Assembly: GCA_035541135.1 (NCBI GenBank)
Contig: DATKNW010000044.1
Location: 4,489-68,488 of the forward strand
Source of the DNA: Verrucomicrobiia bacterium
Lineage (GTDB): Bacteria; Verrucomicrobiota; Verrucomicrobiia; Palsa-1439
Length of the DNA stretch: 64,000 nucleotides
Reading direction: 5' to 3'
Shown here: piece by piece, positions 30,043 to 41,522 of the stretch
Layout of the letters: the number at the start of each line of letters is the position of its first letter
How positions within the stretch are numbered: position 1 is the stretch's first letter
Position numbers and translations under genes: made by a program
Notes under the pieces: generated by a model
The model's database searches: none
Told to the model about the DNA's origin: nothing
The model's input: the letters and a program-made list of their open reading frames with translations, nothing else

Positions 30043-30861
30043 ATGGTACGTCCGCCGGCAGTAGCCGGGCAGTTCTATCCGGGAGTGGCGCCCGAGGTGG
30101 AGGCGGAGCTGGACCGATTGGTGCGTCCTGCGGCTTCGGGGCGGAAAGCCATCGCGGTGGTCTGTCCGCACGCGGGATGGATGTATTCAGGTCACACCGC
30201 GGGCGTGGTGTACTCGAGCGTGCAAATCCCCGACCGCGTGATTCTCGTCGGGCCGAATCACCACGGCATCGGGAGCCGCTACGCCGTTTACAGTTCGGGA
30301 ACGTGGCGCACGCCGATCGGCGATGTGCCGGTCGCCGAACCCCTGGCCTCGTCGCTTCTCGACGACTGCGATTTGCTGGCCGAAGACCCCCGCGCTCATT
30401 CGACGGAACATTCCCTGGAAGTCCAATTGCCGATGCTGCTGCGCGCCAATCCCAACGTTCACATCGTGCCGTTGTTGATCGGCGGCGGCTGGCCGGAAGC
30501 GGGCGGGCGGCGCGAACTTCGCGAAATCGGCGCGGCCATTGCGGAGACCGTTCGGGAATACGGCAAACCCGTGTTGCTCGTCGCATCGACGGACCTGAAT
30601 CACTACGAAGACCAGGAAGTCTCGCACACCAAGGACAAGCTGGTCCTCGACGCGGTTGTGAATCTTGATCCCGAGGTGCTCATGAATCGCGTGATCGAGG
30701 CGGAAGTATCTATGTGCGGCGTGGCGGCGACCTACGTTGTGCTGTGCGCCGCGAAGGAGCTCGGCGCCAGGCACGCCGAACTGCTGGAGTATCGGACCAG
30801 CGGCGATGTGAGCGGCGATTTCGCGCGCGTGGTCGGTTACGGCGGCGTGGTGATTGAGTGA
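30043..30861 (+). CDS. MEMO1-family protein (AmmeMemoRadiSam system protein B-like)
   Basis: MVRPPAVAGQFYPG, CPHAGWMYSG, HSLEVQLPML, DLNHYED, SMCGV are the hallmark MEMO1 motifs. Confidence 0.8.
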   Translation: MVRPPAVAGQFYPGVAPEVEAELDRLVRPAASGRKAIAVVCPHAGWMYSGHTAGVVYSSVQIPDRVILVGPNHHGIGSRYAVYSSGTWRTPIGDVPVAEPLASSLLDDCDLLAEDPRAHSTEHSLEVQLPMLLRANPNVHIVPLLIGGGWPEAGGRRELREIGAAIAETVREYGKPVLLVASTDLNHYEDQEVSHTKDKLVLDAVVNLDPEVLMNRVIEAEVSMCGVAATYVVLCAAKELGARHAELLEYRTSGDVSGDFARVVGYGGVVIE

Positions 30862-30870
30862 AAGGAGGGG

Positions 30871-31176
30871 TTGTTGAGCGTGCGATTCAAGCTGAGAACC
30901 CAAGTCGCTGCAATCCTTCTCCTCGTGGTGCTGTGGTTCGTTGTCGTCCTCGTTTCGTTGTTCGGAGATCGAATGGGCTTGTATATTGAGCCGTTTCGGG
31001 CCCTCAGTTTTACCTTGCCCATCGTATTGCCGATTCTTGGTATTACTCTGATCGTAGGTGAGGGCTATCAGCGTTCTGAACATCCGCTTCTCTTATACGG
31101 CGGGGCGGCGGCATCCATCCTGCCATTTGCTGTCGGAACGATCTGGATTTACGTGCAGGCATATAGTTCAAATTAG
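30871..31176 (+). CDS. Small hypothetical membrane protein (101 aa, 3 TM helices)
   Basis: Hydrophobic ORF directly after the MEMO1-like gene. No family recognised. Confidence 0.4.
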   Translation: MLSVRFKLRTQVAAILLLVVLWFVVVLVSLFGDRMGLYIEPFRALSFTLPIVLPILGITLIVGEGYQRSEHPLLLYGGAAASILPFAVGTIWIYVQAYSSN

Positions 31177-31255
31177 CACGCTGCCTAGACTTGACCGAGT
31201 TTGACAGCGGGTCACGAGCTTGCTACAGTGGAGTGGCAGTTTGGTGGTGACGAAT

Positions 31256-31573
31256 ATGATTACATTGACGGAAAGTGCGACGAAGCACATCAAGACGTTG
31301 CTGGCGGATCAAGGCGTGAGTGGCAAGCCCTTGCGCGTCTATGTGGACGCGGGCGGTTGCTCGGGCATGGAATACGGCATGGCGTTCGATGAGAAGAAGG
31401 CCGACGACGAGGTGGTGGCGCAGGATGGCGTCGAGGTGGTGATCGATCCCATGAGCATGAGCTTTCTCAAGGGCAGCGAGATCGATTACGTGGACGGCCT
31501 GCAGGGTTCGGGATTCAAGATCAAGAACCCGAACGTGCATTCGTCGTGCGGCTGTGGGCGGTCGTTCAATTGA
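31256..31573 (+). CDS. erpA: Iron-sulfur cluster insertion protein (HesB/IscA/ErpA family A-type carrier)
   Basis: MITLTESA..., YVDAGGCSGMEYG, C-terminal SSCGCGRSF three-Cys motif. Confidence 0.85.
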   Translation: MITLTESATKHIKTLLADQGVSGKPLRVYVDAGGCSGMEYGMAFDEKKADDEVVAQDGVEVVIDPMSMSFLKGSEIDYVDGLQGSGFKIKNPNVHSSCGCGRSFN

Positions 31574-31593
31574 CAATTTAATGAGCAGATTCG

Positions 31594-33505
<1,912 letters not shown>

Positions 33506-33540
33506 CCGCTAACACGTCCCAAGGTGGTCACTTCTGCGCT

Positions 33541-35130
33541 TCACTGCGAGAAGAACTGCCGAAGTTCTTCCAGCGCTTGAGAGCGGGCTGCAGGCACGTT
33601 GGCGTCGTGCTGTTTCATCACCTCATCGTACTCCACCTTGAAGGGGCGAGTGAAGCATGCCTTGTCCAGCAAATCGTTATCCACAACCGGTTGTCCGTGG
33701 TTCAGCGCTTGTGCGGCCCCGACGTAGGCTCGCAACAACCGCTCGGTGTCGTTGCGGTTCGGCCAGCCCCTTTGGTCCAGATGGGCCGTAAAATCCTGCG
33801 ATTCCATCAATTCTCCCAAGGCTTTACGGGGCGTTGAATCTTTGAGCGTCCCCAAGGCATCGATGATCGTTGCCTGTTCGTATACGCGTGAGCGAGCAAA
33901 TGCAGTCTTGATCAACTCCCAATGCTCCATGCCCGTTCTCTGAACCGCATCGACAGCAAGTGCCGCTTGTTCCGGGTTTCGTTTTAGCCGCGATATGACG
34001 ATCTCGTCGTACCGCTCAGGATCAAGGTGCGCGGCGAGCAGCGCAATTGTCGCTTGCTGTCGGGGTTCCTGGGCGACCAGTCCCCCTCCACTATCTAGAA
34101 TTCCCTCGAGCGTCTTGGCGTCGGCTTGCTCGAAAACTCCTGTGGACAACTCACTAACTTTGTTTACGAAGTCCATTCTCGAGTATTGGTCAATCTGCAA
34201 CTCAGGCCAAACAGCGGAACCAGAAAGCAAGTCAAGCAGCGTTTGCCTCAAGTTGTTCCGACGCACGAATTCCGCGATGGCTTCTTTGTTGGGCGAATGG
34301 CACATCCAGGAGCTCAGATCAGACGGCGGCACGCCTGATTCGGCGAGCAATGCTGAGCCATTGTCCACCAGCAACATGACCTTCAATGCTTGGCGTGGCT
34401 CAATTTTCTCGAGCAATCCTAAGTCGTCGGATGGGTCAGGGATGCGCCAACGAACTGCCCAGTACCAAATGCGCTCCTGGAAGGCGGCGTTATTCCCCCA
34501 CCAAGCCAAGAACTTCTCCCGATTTGAGAACCGGATGCCAGTCGATGCCTCCAAGGCCGCCCTGGCGATGTCACCAACTGTCACTCCTATTCCGACTTCC
34601 CTGCAAGTAAAAAGGCCCGATTGCACCGGGGTCTCATGCATTCCCTTGAATGCAAGGGCATCGTCGTCAAGTAGGTTTCCCACTTGCGGGATCGAGCCCT
34701 GCTCTGCCATTTCAGTCGGAAAATGGCCGAGGAACTCGCAGGCAATAGCGCGATAGCCCGCTCGATCATCGCTAAGGAAGCGTTTAGCAAACTGACAATA
34801 GCTCGCCACACAATCTGAGCTGTTGCTTGGCGTCAGTGCTGTGATTCGTTTGATCAGGTCTTCCAAGGCATCAGAACGGTTGAGTGATTTGTCGTCGAAG
34901 CCAAGTACGAAGGACCATGGTCGCAGCTCAATAGGTGGGGTGTCGGCGCGTCTAGCCTGATAAAGTCCGGCTGTCTTTATGGTGGAGTGATCGAGGGACG
35001 CCTGCGCGAATGCGTCGGCAACAATTCTCTGTACAGAATTACTCGGGGATTCTGCTGCGCGAAGTGACGACGCTGCAGTCAGCAAGGCCGACACACTGAC
35101 GGCCACGAACCTGACTCCCGTCGGGGGCAT
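33541..35130 (-). CDS. Hypothetical secreted protein (529 aa), lower-GC gene
   Basis: Signal peptide MPPTGVRFVAVSVSALLTAASSLRAAE. Helical-repeat-like sequence with no recognised family. Codon composition visibly more A/T-rich than the flanking thiC. Confidence 0.5.
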   Translation of the reverse strand: MPPTGVRFVAVSVSALLTAASSLRAAESPSNSVQRIVADAFAQASLDHSTIKTAGLYQARRADTPPIELRPWSFVLGFDDKSLNRSDALEDLIKRITALTPSNSSDCVASYCQFAKRFLSDDRAGYRAIACEFLGHFPTEMAEQGSIPQVGNLLDDDALAFKGMHETPVQSGLFTCREVGIGVTVGDIARAALEASTGIRFSNREKFLAWWGNNAAFQERIWYWAVRWRIPDPSDDLGLLEKIEPRQALKVMLLVDNGSALLAESGVPPSDLSSWMCHSPNKEAIAEFVRRNNLRQTLLDLLSGSAVWPELQIDQYSRMDFVNKVSELSTGVFEQADAKTLEGILDSGGGLVAQEPRQQATIALLAAHLDPERYDEIVISRLKRNPEQAALAVDAVQRTGMEHWELIKTAFARSRVYEQATIIDALGTLKDSTPRKALGELMESQDFTAHLDQRGWPNRNDTERLLRAYVGAAQALNHGQPVVDNDLLDKACFTRPFKVEYDEVMKQHDANVPAARSQALEELRQFFSQ

Positions 35131-35216
35131 ACTGTAGCGGCAAGTCTAACTTGGCGGCGTTTCACCTACAAGCCATATTCAGTGTGGCCGAGCCCCAGAA
35201 TCTTCCAGAGGATGTC

Positions 35217-35948
35217 TTACGAACTGGTCTTTTGATCGGCGAGGATTTGTTGTTCGGCGGTGAGGAGGATGGCGCGGATGGTGTGGGGGTCGGGCGCGGC
35301 GAGGAGGGCATCGACGGTTTTGGCGTTCAGGGCGATGAGGCAAAGCCGGGCCAGGGTGTGCAGATGGAGCCGGTCATCCTGACAGCAAATCAGGAAGAAC
35401 AGGCGCGTGGGCGTGCCGTCGGGCGCGCCGAAATGGATTTCCTGAATCGGTCGGCCGACGACGAGAAACGAAGTCTCGAACAGGTACTGTTCGTGGAACC
35501 GCGGATGCGGCAGCGCGAACCCGCCCGGGATGGCCGTGGAACATAACTCCTCGCGCGCTTGCAGGCTGGCCAAGAGGGCTTTGGGATCGTTCACCTGGCC
35601 GGTTTTTTCCGCGAGGGCGACCAGATCGCGCAGGACGGAGGCTTTGGTCTTCGATGACATGGCCGAGGCGACAGCGCCCGCTTCGAGCATGTCCGGCAGG
35701 ATCGCGGCCTGGGTCAGCACCTTCTGTGTGTGACGCGTGGATTTCTGGTGATACGCGGCCAGCCGCTGGGAGGTAAATCCGAGGATCCGTTGCGAGGCCC
35801 ACTGATCGATTTCGCCCTTGCGAAAGACGACGCGCTCGCCGCGTCTATGGAAGGGGATGTCGCGGTCCTTCACCCGCTGCTCGATGTCGGCGGAGGTCAT
35901 GTGCAGATACTCCGCGACCTCGTCGATGCTGAGGAATCGGTGGGGCAT
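35217..35948 (-). CDS. Helix-turn-helix DNA-binding domain fused to a PTS EIIA type-2 (PtsN/EIIA-Ntr-like) domain
   Basis: N-terminal FLSIDEVAEYLHMTSADIEQRVKDRDIPFHRRGERVVF (excisionase/MerR-type HTH). C-terminal EIIA-2 with the phospho-His motif CSTAIPGGFALPHPRF. Confidence 0.65.
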   Translation of the reverse strand: MPHRFLSIDEVAEYLHMTSADIEQRVKDRDIPFHRRGERVVFRKGEIDQWASQRILGFTSQRLAAYHQKSTRHTQKVLTQAAILPDMLEAGAVASAMSSKTKASVLRDLVALAEKTGQVNDPKALLASLQAREELCSTAIPGGFALPHPRFHEQYLFETSFLVVGRPIQEIHFGAPDGTPTRLFFLICCQDDRLHLHTLARLCLIALNAKTVDALLAAPDPHTIRAILLTAEQQILADQKTSS

Positions 35949-35949
35949 G

Positions 35950-36480
35950 CTACTTTTGCCGGTCGAAGAACGGACTCTTGCCCGTGACGCTCAACGGAAT
36001 GCCGAGCGCCTGTTTCACTTTGGGTCCGAACAGTTTCAGGTCGAGGCAGGCGCGGCCGACGGAAAACATCACGCGGTTATCGATGTGGAATCGACCGGCC
36101 AGTTCCGCGGCGGAGGCCGTGGCGATGCCGAGATCGATGGAATTGAACGCGCAGACGCCGCCGGCTTCCTTCAGCTCTTCACAGGACGGCTTGCCGCAGA
36201 ACCCGCAGTTCAGGTCGGCCTGGTTCGACTCGACGCCAATGACCAACATGGCGGGCGAGTTCTCGATGTTGCCAGCGTCGCGGGCGACACTGGGCCGTTG
36301 TTCCTTCTCGGCGATCTCGCGCATTTTGGCGACGAGCTTTTGCCTGGTTGGCTCGTCGTCGATCGCGATGGTTTTGATGTTGTCAATGCCGCGTGTTTTC
36401 GGGGCAGTGCGCGCCGCGGCGGCCATTAACGCGGCGACTTGTTGACCCGCCGCGTGTTCGAGTTCATTGGAAGTCTTCAT
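35950..36480 (-). CDS. DUF2148-like ferredoxin-domain protein
   Basis: NIENSPAMLVIGVESNQADLNCGFCGKPSCEEL...GVCAFNSIDLGIA matches the DUF2148 Cys pattern. An alternative upstream ATG at 36594 would add an RRNLF twin-arginine-like extension. Confidence 0.5.
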   Translation of the reverse strand: MKTSNELEHAAGQQVAALMAAAARTAPKTRGIDNIKTIAIDDEPTRQKLVAKMREIAEKEQRPSVARDAGNIENSPAMLVIGVESNQADLNCGFCGKPSCEELKEAGGVCAFNSIDLGIATASAAELAGRFHIDNRVMFSVGRACLDLKLFGPKVKQALGIPLSVTGKSPFFDRQK

Positions 36481-36614
36481 TGCGAGGGCAAAGCGTACCG
36501 CGCGCGGGCGCGCGAAACAAATCAAAAGGGCGACGGCCAATGGCCGAAACAAGTTGCGGCGAGCGACTGGACTTTTTCCGAAAATGGCGGACAAGTATTT
36601 CGGAGGGCGATGGA

Positions 36615-37634
36615 ATGAATTACAGACTGCTGGGCAAATCGGGGCTGCGGGTATCGGAACTATGTCTGGGCACGATGACGTTTGGCGAGGATTGGGGCTG
36701 GGGCGCGAACCAGGAAGAATCGCGGGCCATCTTTGACGCGTTCGTCGAGGCGGGCGGCAATTTCCTCGATACGGCGGACGGGTATACGAACGGCACCAGC
36801 GAGAAGATGGTCGGCGAATTCATCGGCTCCGAGCGGGAGCGGTATGTGGTGGCGACGAAGTACTCGTTCAACCAGCGGCGCGGCGACCCGAACGCGGGCG
36901 GCAATCATCGCAAGAACATGGCGCAGGCGCTCGAGGGCAGCCTGAAGCGGCTGGGGACGGATTACGTCGACCTGTATTGGATGCACGCGTGGGACGAATT
37001 CACGCCGGTCGAGGAGGTCATGCGGGCGTTTGACGATTTGGTGCGCGCGGGCAAGGTGTTGTACATCGGCATTTCCGACGCGCCGGCGTGGTGGGTGGCG
37101 CGGGCGAACACGCTGGCGGAATGGCGCGGGTGGACGCCGTTTGCGGCGCTGCAAATCGAATACAATCTCATTGAGCGGACGCCGGAACGCGAGCTGTTGC
37201 CGATGGCCGAGGCGTTGGGGCTGACGGTGACGCCGTGGTCGCCGTTGGCGGGCGGCTGGCTCACGGGGAAGTATTCCCGCAAATCGAAGGAGCAAAAGCG
37301 GCTCGACCAGACGCCGCAGTTTGCGCGGCCAACGGAGCGGAACAAAGCCATCGCGGCGACGGTGGTCAAGATCGCGCGATCTACTCGCAAATCGCCGGCG
37401 CAGGTTGCCTTGAATTGGCTGCGGGCCAAAAACACGATCCCGATACTCGGTGCGCGAAAGCTGCCGCAATTCCAGGACAATATGGGATGCCTCAAATGGT
37501 CGCTGAACGCCAAACAGCTTGCGCGGCTGGACGAGGTCAGCCAGATCGAACTCGGCTTTCCGATCGATTTCCTGCAGCGTCCATTCGTGCGCGATTATCT
37601 TCACGGCGGGTTGTACGATCGCATTCGACGTTGA
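36615..37634 (+). CDS. Aldo/keto reductase family oxidoreductase
   Basis: MNYRLLGKSGLRVSELCLGTMTFG, DTADGY, YVDLYWMH, LYIGISD are canonical AKR motifs. Confidence 0.85.
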   Translation: MNYRLLGKSGLRVSELCLGTMTFGEDWGWGANQEESRAIFDAFVEAGGNFLDTADGYTNGTSEKMVGEFIGSERERYVVATKYSFNQRRGDPNAGGNHRKNMAQALEGSLKRLGTDYVDLYWMHAWDEFTPVEEVMRAFDDLVRAGKVLYIGISDAPAWWVARANTLAEWRGWTPFAALQIEYNLIERTPERELLPMAEALGLTVTPWSPLAGGWLTGKYSRKSKEQKRLDQTPQFARPTERNKAIAATVVKIARSTRKSPAQVALNWLRAKNTIPILGARKLPQFQDNMGCLKWSLNAKQLARLDEVSQIELGFPIDFLQRPFVRDYLHGGLYDRIRR

Positions 37635-37683
37635 GTGCGGAGTGGGCGGGGAACCCGCGGTGTGAATTGAGCATCCAAAGCGC

Positions 37684-38178
37684 ATGAAACATGCGCCGAT
37701 TGACGCGGGGGTGAGGATTGGTCACGTGCATCTGAAGGTGGCGGACCTGGAGCGGGCGCTGGCGTTTTATCGCGGCGTGCTTGGGTTCGAATTGACGCAG
37801 CGGATGGGCAAGAGCGCCGCGTTCGTTTCTGCCGGCGGGTATCATCATCACATCGGGCTCAACACGTGGGAGAGCGCGGGCGGGTCGCCGCCGCTCGAGG
37901 GAAGCACGGGGTTGTATCATGTGGCAATCCTGTATCCGACGCGGGCAGAACTGGCCGATGCGGTAAGGCGGGTGATCACGGCGGGCATTCCCCTCGAAGG
38001 CGCATCGGATCACGGAGTGAGCGAAGCGGTGTATCTGCGCGATCCAGATGGCAACGGCGTTGAATTGTATTGGGACCGACCGAAGGAGCAATGGCCACGG
38101 GCGGCTGACGGCAGCGTGGCGATGTACACGCGACCGCTGGATCTGGAGGCATTGCTTGCGGAAGCGCGACTGACTTGA
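37684..38178 (+). CDS. VOC family protein (glyoxalase/bleomycin-resistance/dioxygenase fold)
   Basis: IGHVHLKVADLERALAFYRGVLGFEL and HHIGLNTWES metal-binding His pattern. Confidence 0.7.
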   Translation: MKHAPIDAGVRIGHVHLKVADLERALAFYRGVLGFELTQRMGKSAAFVSAGGYHHHIGLNTWESAGGSPPLEGSTGLYHVAILYPTRAELADAVRRVITAGIPLEGASDHGVSEAVYLRDPDGNGVELYWDRPKEQWPRAADGSVAMYTRPLDLEALLAEARLT

Positions 38179-38186
38179 AAAGCGCG

Positions 38187-38903
38187 TCAGCCGTGTCGTC
38201 CTATCGTTTTCCTGACGGGGAGCCTGGAGAGATCACACTGCAGGAGATCGCCGATGCGGTTGATTTGGACATCGGCGGGCGGGTAGATGGCGAGAACATT
38301 GGGATCATGGGCGTAGTGGCCCTGACGGACGAAGACGGTGGTGACGCGGTTGCCCCAGGCCTTTTTCACGGCGGTGAGGATGCGCAGCTTGTCGTCAACG
38401 AGCACGTAATGACGGGCGGGAAAACGCTTCTTCACGTCAGCGAGTTCCTTTTCCTTGTGGACGTAGATCAGGACGCGGCCGTCGACCGCGTCGGACAGCC
38501 CCGAGCGTTCGACCTTGCGGGGCTGAAACACCACGTCGCCATCGGAGAGAATGGCGACCGTTCCCCATCGTTTGGCGTGGTCGATCACATCCAGCGCGTT
38601 CGGGAACAGGCGATTGGCGAACGGGTAGTCGATCAGGAAATGAGAGACGGTAAGCAATCGCAGATCGCGCGGGTGCGCGGCGCGATAGCGCTGGAGCGCG
38701 CCGAGGTAGTCGGCGTAGCCGAGGTGGGAGCGCAACTCCTCGAAGATGCACCAGTACAGGCGGGCGCGTTGCGGGCCGACCTCGCGGTGGAGGTGCTTGC
38801 GGAGATCGGTGATCACACGGTCGTTATCGAGGAGCGTGTTATCGACGTCGAACAGGACGACAACGTCTTTCCGCGGAATGGTTCGAGCGCGCGTCGATTT
38901 CAT
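38187..38903 (-). CDS. HAD-superfamily hydrolase
   Basis: VVLFDVDNTLLD (motif I DxDxT), ILSDGDV. Start taken at MKSTRAR. Confidence 0.65.
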   Translation of the reverse strand: MKSTRARTIPRKDVVVLFDVDNTLLDNDRVITDLRKHLHREVGPQRARLYWCIFEELRSHLGYADYLGALQRYRAAHPRDLRLLTVSHFLIDYPFANRLFPNALDVIDHAKRWGTVAILSDGDVVFQPRKVERSGLSDAVDGRVLIYVHKEKELADVKKRFPARHYVLVDDKLRILTAVKKAWGNRVTTVFVRQGHYAHDPNVLAIYPPADVQINRIGDLLQCDLSRLPVRKTIGRHG

Positions 38904-39048
38904 GGCGATTGAGCCGCGACTGGCGCGAAAAATAGCGCGATTCGGCGTCCTGCGCAAGGGGTGAGAAAGGGTTGTTGAGAAAGCGCAAGGGTACGTGTTA
39001 TACTTACCGGGCGGTTGGCTCGCTCAAACGACGGCATCGGTGACACAG

Positions 39049-40698
39049 ATGAACAAGACAATCCTCACGGAACGTCGGGCTTGGAAGGCGCTGGAGGCGC
39101 ATTACGCAAGCCTCAAGGACGTGCATCTGCGGAGGTTGTTTGCCGACGATCCGAACCGCGGCCAGCGATTCGCGGTCGAGGGGGCGGGGCTGTATCTGGA
39201 TTACTCGAAGAACCGCGTCACGGACGAGACGCTCCATCTGCTCGTCACGCTGGCGGAGGAATGCGACCTGCGGTGGCGAATCGACGCGATGTTTCGCGGG
39301 GACAAGATCAACGTCACCGAGGATCGGGCGGTGGCGCATGTGGCGTTGCGGGCGCCACGGGGGCAATCGATTCTCGTCGACGGCGAGAACGTGGTGCCGA
39401 AGGTGCATTTCGTGCTGGACAAGATGGGGGAGTTTGCCGAGCGCGTGCGCAACGGGCTGTGGAAGGGCTACACCGGCAAACGGATTCGCAACGTCGTCAA
39501 CATCGGCATCGGCGGCTCGGACCTCGGTCCCGTGATGGCCTACGAGGCGTTGCGCTACTACAGCATGGCCGGCATGACGTTCCGGTTTGTGTCGAATGTG
39601 GACGGGACGGATTTTGCCGAGGCGACGCGCGATCTCGATCCCGAAGAGACGCTGTTCATTGTGTCGTCGAAGACGTTCACGACGCAGGAGACGATGACCA
39701 ATGCCCAGAGCGCCAAGGAATGGATCGTGAACCGGTTTCTGAACCGGCGGGCCGTGGCCAGCCATTTTGTCGCGGTATCGACGAACGTGCGCGAGGCGAC
39801 GAAGTTCGGGATCGACCCGGTCAACATGTTTGGATTCTGGGACTGGGTGGGCGGGCGATACTCGATGGATTCGGCGATCGGGCTGGCGACGATGATTGCG
39901 ATCGGGCCGGCGTTTTTCCGGTCGATGCTGGCCGGGTTCCACGCGATGGACGAACATTTTCGGACGACGCCGTTCGACAGGAACCTGCCGGTGCTGATGG
40001 GCCTGCTCGGAGTCTGGTACAACAATTTCTTTGGGGCGCAAACCACGGCCGTGTTGCCGTACGACCAGTATTTGAAGCGGTTCCCGGCGTACCTGCAACA
40101 ACTGACGATGGAGAGCAACGGCAAATACGTGACGCTGGACGGCGCGCGGGTGGACTATCAGACGGGCCCGGTGTACTGGGGCGAGCCCGGCACGAACGGC
40201 CAGCATTCGTTCTACCAGTTGATCCATCAGGGGACAAAACTGATCCCGTGCGACTTCATCGGATTCTGTCATCCGCTGAATCCCCTGGGGGATCACCACG
40301 ATTTGTTGATGTCGAACCTGTTTGCGCAGAGCGAGGCGCTGGCGTTCGGCAAGACACCCGAGGAAGTGAAAGTGGAAGGCACGCCCGACTGGCTGGTGCC
40401 GCATCGGGTGTTTGAGGGCAACCGTCCGTCGAACACGATTCTGGTGCCGCAACTGACGCCGGAAGTGCTCGGGAAGCTGGTGGCGCTCTACGAGCACATC
40501 GTGTTTACACAGGGCACGATTTGGAACATCAACTCGTTTGACCAATGGGGAGTGGAGCTGGGGAAAGCGCTGGCGAAACGGATCACGGTGGAATTGCAGA
40601 GCGTCGCCGAGCCGCCGCTCCAGCATGACAGCTCGACGAACGCACTGATTCGGCGATACCGGCATTCCAAGACCAAGGGACACGAGTGGTCGGGCTGA
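39049..40698 (+). CDS. pgi: Glucose-6-phosphate isomerase
   Basis: [35 protein letters not shown] signatures. 549 aa from MNKTILTE. Confidence 0.95.
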   Translation: MNKTILTERRAWKALEAHYASLKDVHLRRLFADDPNRGQRFAVEGAGLYLDYSKNRVTDETLHLLVTLAEECDLRWRIDAMFRGDKINVTEDRAVAHVALRAPRGQSILVDGENVVPKVHFVLDKMGEFAERVRNGLWKGYTGKRIRNVVNIGIGGSDLGPVMAYEALRYYSMAGMTFRFVSNVDGTDFAEATRDLDPEETLFIVSSKTFTTQETMTNAQSAKEWIVNRFLNRRAVASHFVAVSTNVREATKFGIDPVNMFGFWDWVGGRYSMDSAIGLATMIAIGPAFFRSMLAGFHAMDEHFRTTPFDRNLPVLMGLLGVWYNNFFGAQTTAVLPYDQYLKRFPAYLQQLTMESNGKYVTLDGARVDYQTGPVYWGEPGTNGQHSFYQLIHQGTKLIPCDFIGFCHPLNPLGDHHDLLMSNLFAQSEALAFGKTPEEVKVEGTPDWLVPHRVFEGNRPSNTILVPQLTPEVLGKLVALYEHIVFTQGTIWNINSFDQWGVELGKALAKRITVELQSVAEPPLQHDSSTNALIRRYRHSKTKGHEWSG

Positions 40699-40788
40699 TG
40701 GTTTCGCCGGGCGATGTCGCCGGCGATTCTGTGACGGATGAGCAGACACGAAAGTCGTAAGACGACCTCGGGGAGACGACTCTAGCGA

Positions 40789-41334
40789 ATGAAGACTTCG
40801 GAATTACACATCGGGATGAAGGTGCGGCATCCGCAGCACGGGATGGGCGTTGTCAAAGCGATCACGGAGAACACGGCGGATATCCGCTTCGATGACGCGA
40901 CACGGACGATTGCGCCCGAGACAAGCGATCTGGTGGCGGAGGAGGCGCGGGTGACGGTGGGTGGCCGGGACGTGCCGTTGGCGCAGTTCATCGAGAAGAC
41001 GACACGGACGGTGTTGAACGAGCTGGGCGTTGAGCTGCCCGGGGAGACGGTGGATCAACTGGGGAGTCGGTGGCACGGCGGACGGCTGACGATGCACCCG
41101 GCGGACGCGAGCTTGCAGGCTAAGGAGGTCCCGATCGACGTGTTTTTCCACAAGGTGGTGATGTTGCGCAACAACCTGCGCGTGCTCGAGCAGAAGATCA
41201 ACAGCCACGAGAAGCTGAGCGATGCGGAGAAGGTGGAGTTCCAGCAATACATCACGCGGTCGTACGGTTCGCTGACGACGTTCAACGTGCTGTTCAAGAA
41301 CAAGGCGGACCAGTTCAGGGGCGGCGGGGAGTGA
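40789..41334 (+). CDS. Hypothetical protein with N-terminal Tudor/KOW-like (UvrD C-terminal-like) motif
   Basis: HIGMKVRHPQHGMGVVKAI...IRFDD resembles the small UvrD/PcrA C-terminal Tudor-like domain. The remainder is unrecognised. Confidence 0.4.
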   Translation: MKTSELHIGMKVRHPQHGMGVVKAITENTADIRFDDATRTIAPETSDLVAEEARVTVGGRDVPLAQFIEKTTRTVLNELGVELPGETVDQLGSRWHGGRLTMHPADASLQAKEVPIDVFFHKVVMLRNNLRVLEQKINSHEKLSDAEKVEFQQYITRSYGSLTTFNVLFKNKADQFRGGGE

Positions 41335-41522
41335 ACGACTGAGTGTCTGAGTGCCCAAGGGCCTGAGTGCCCAAGGGCGTGAGCTCGTAAGTTGCCGGGC
41401 GAAGGGCGCGGAGCGAGTGACAAGCGAGGAGGGAAGAGCGAACAGCGGGGGGAACGCCAGATTTATGAAACGTTTCGAATGACTGGCGCGTCTTACTTGG
41501 TAGAGAAAGAAGGTGAAGACGT

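Noticed and set aside
36481-36594. Twin-arginine-like N-terminal extension (SPVARRNLFRPLAVALLICFA) of the DUF2148 protein
   Set aside because: It would leave only 20 bp for the divergent AKR promoter and DUF2148 proteins are cytoplasmic. The shorter start at 36480 is preferred, though Tat export cannot be excluded.
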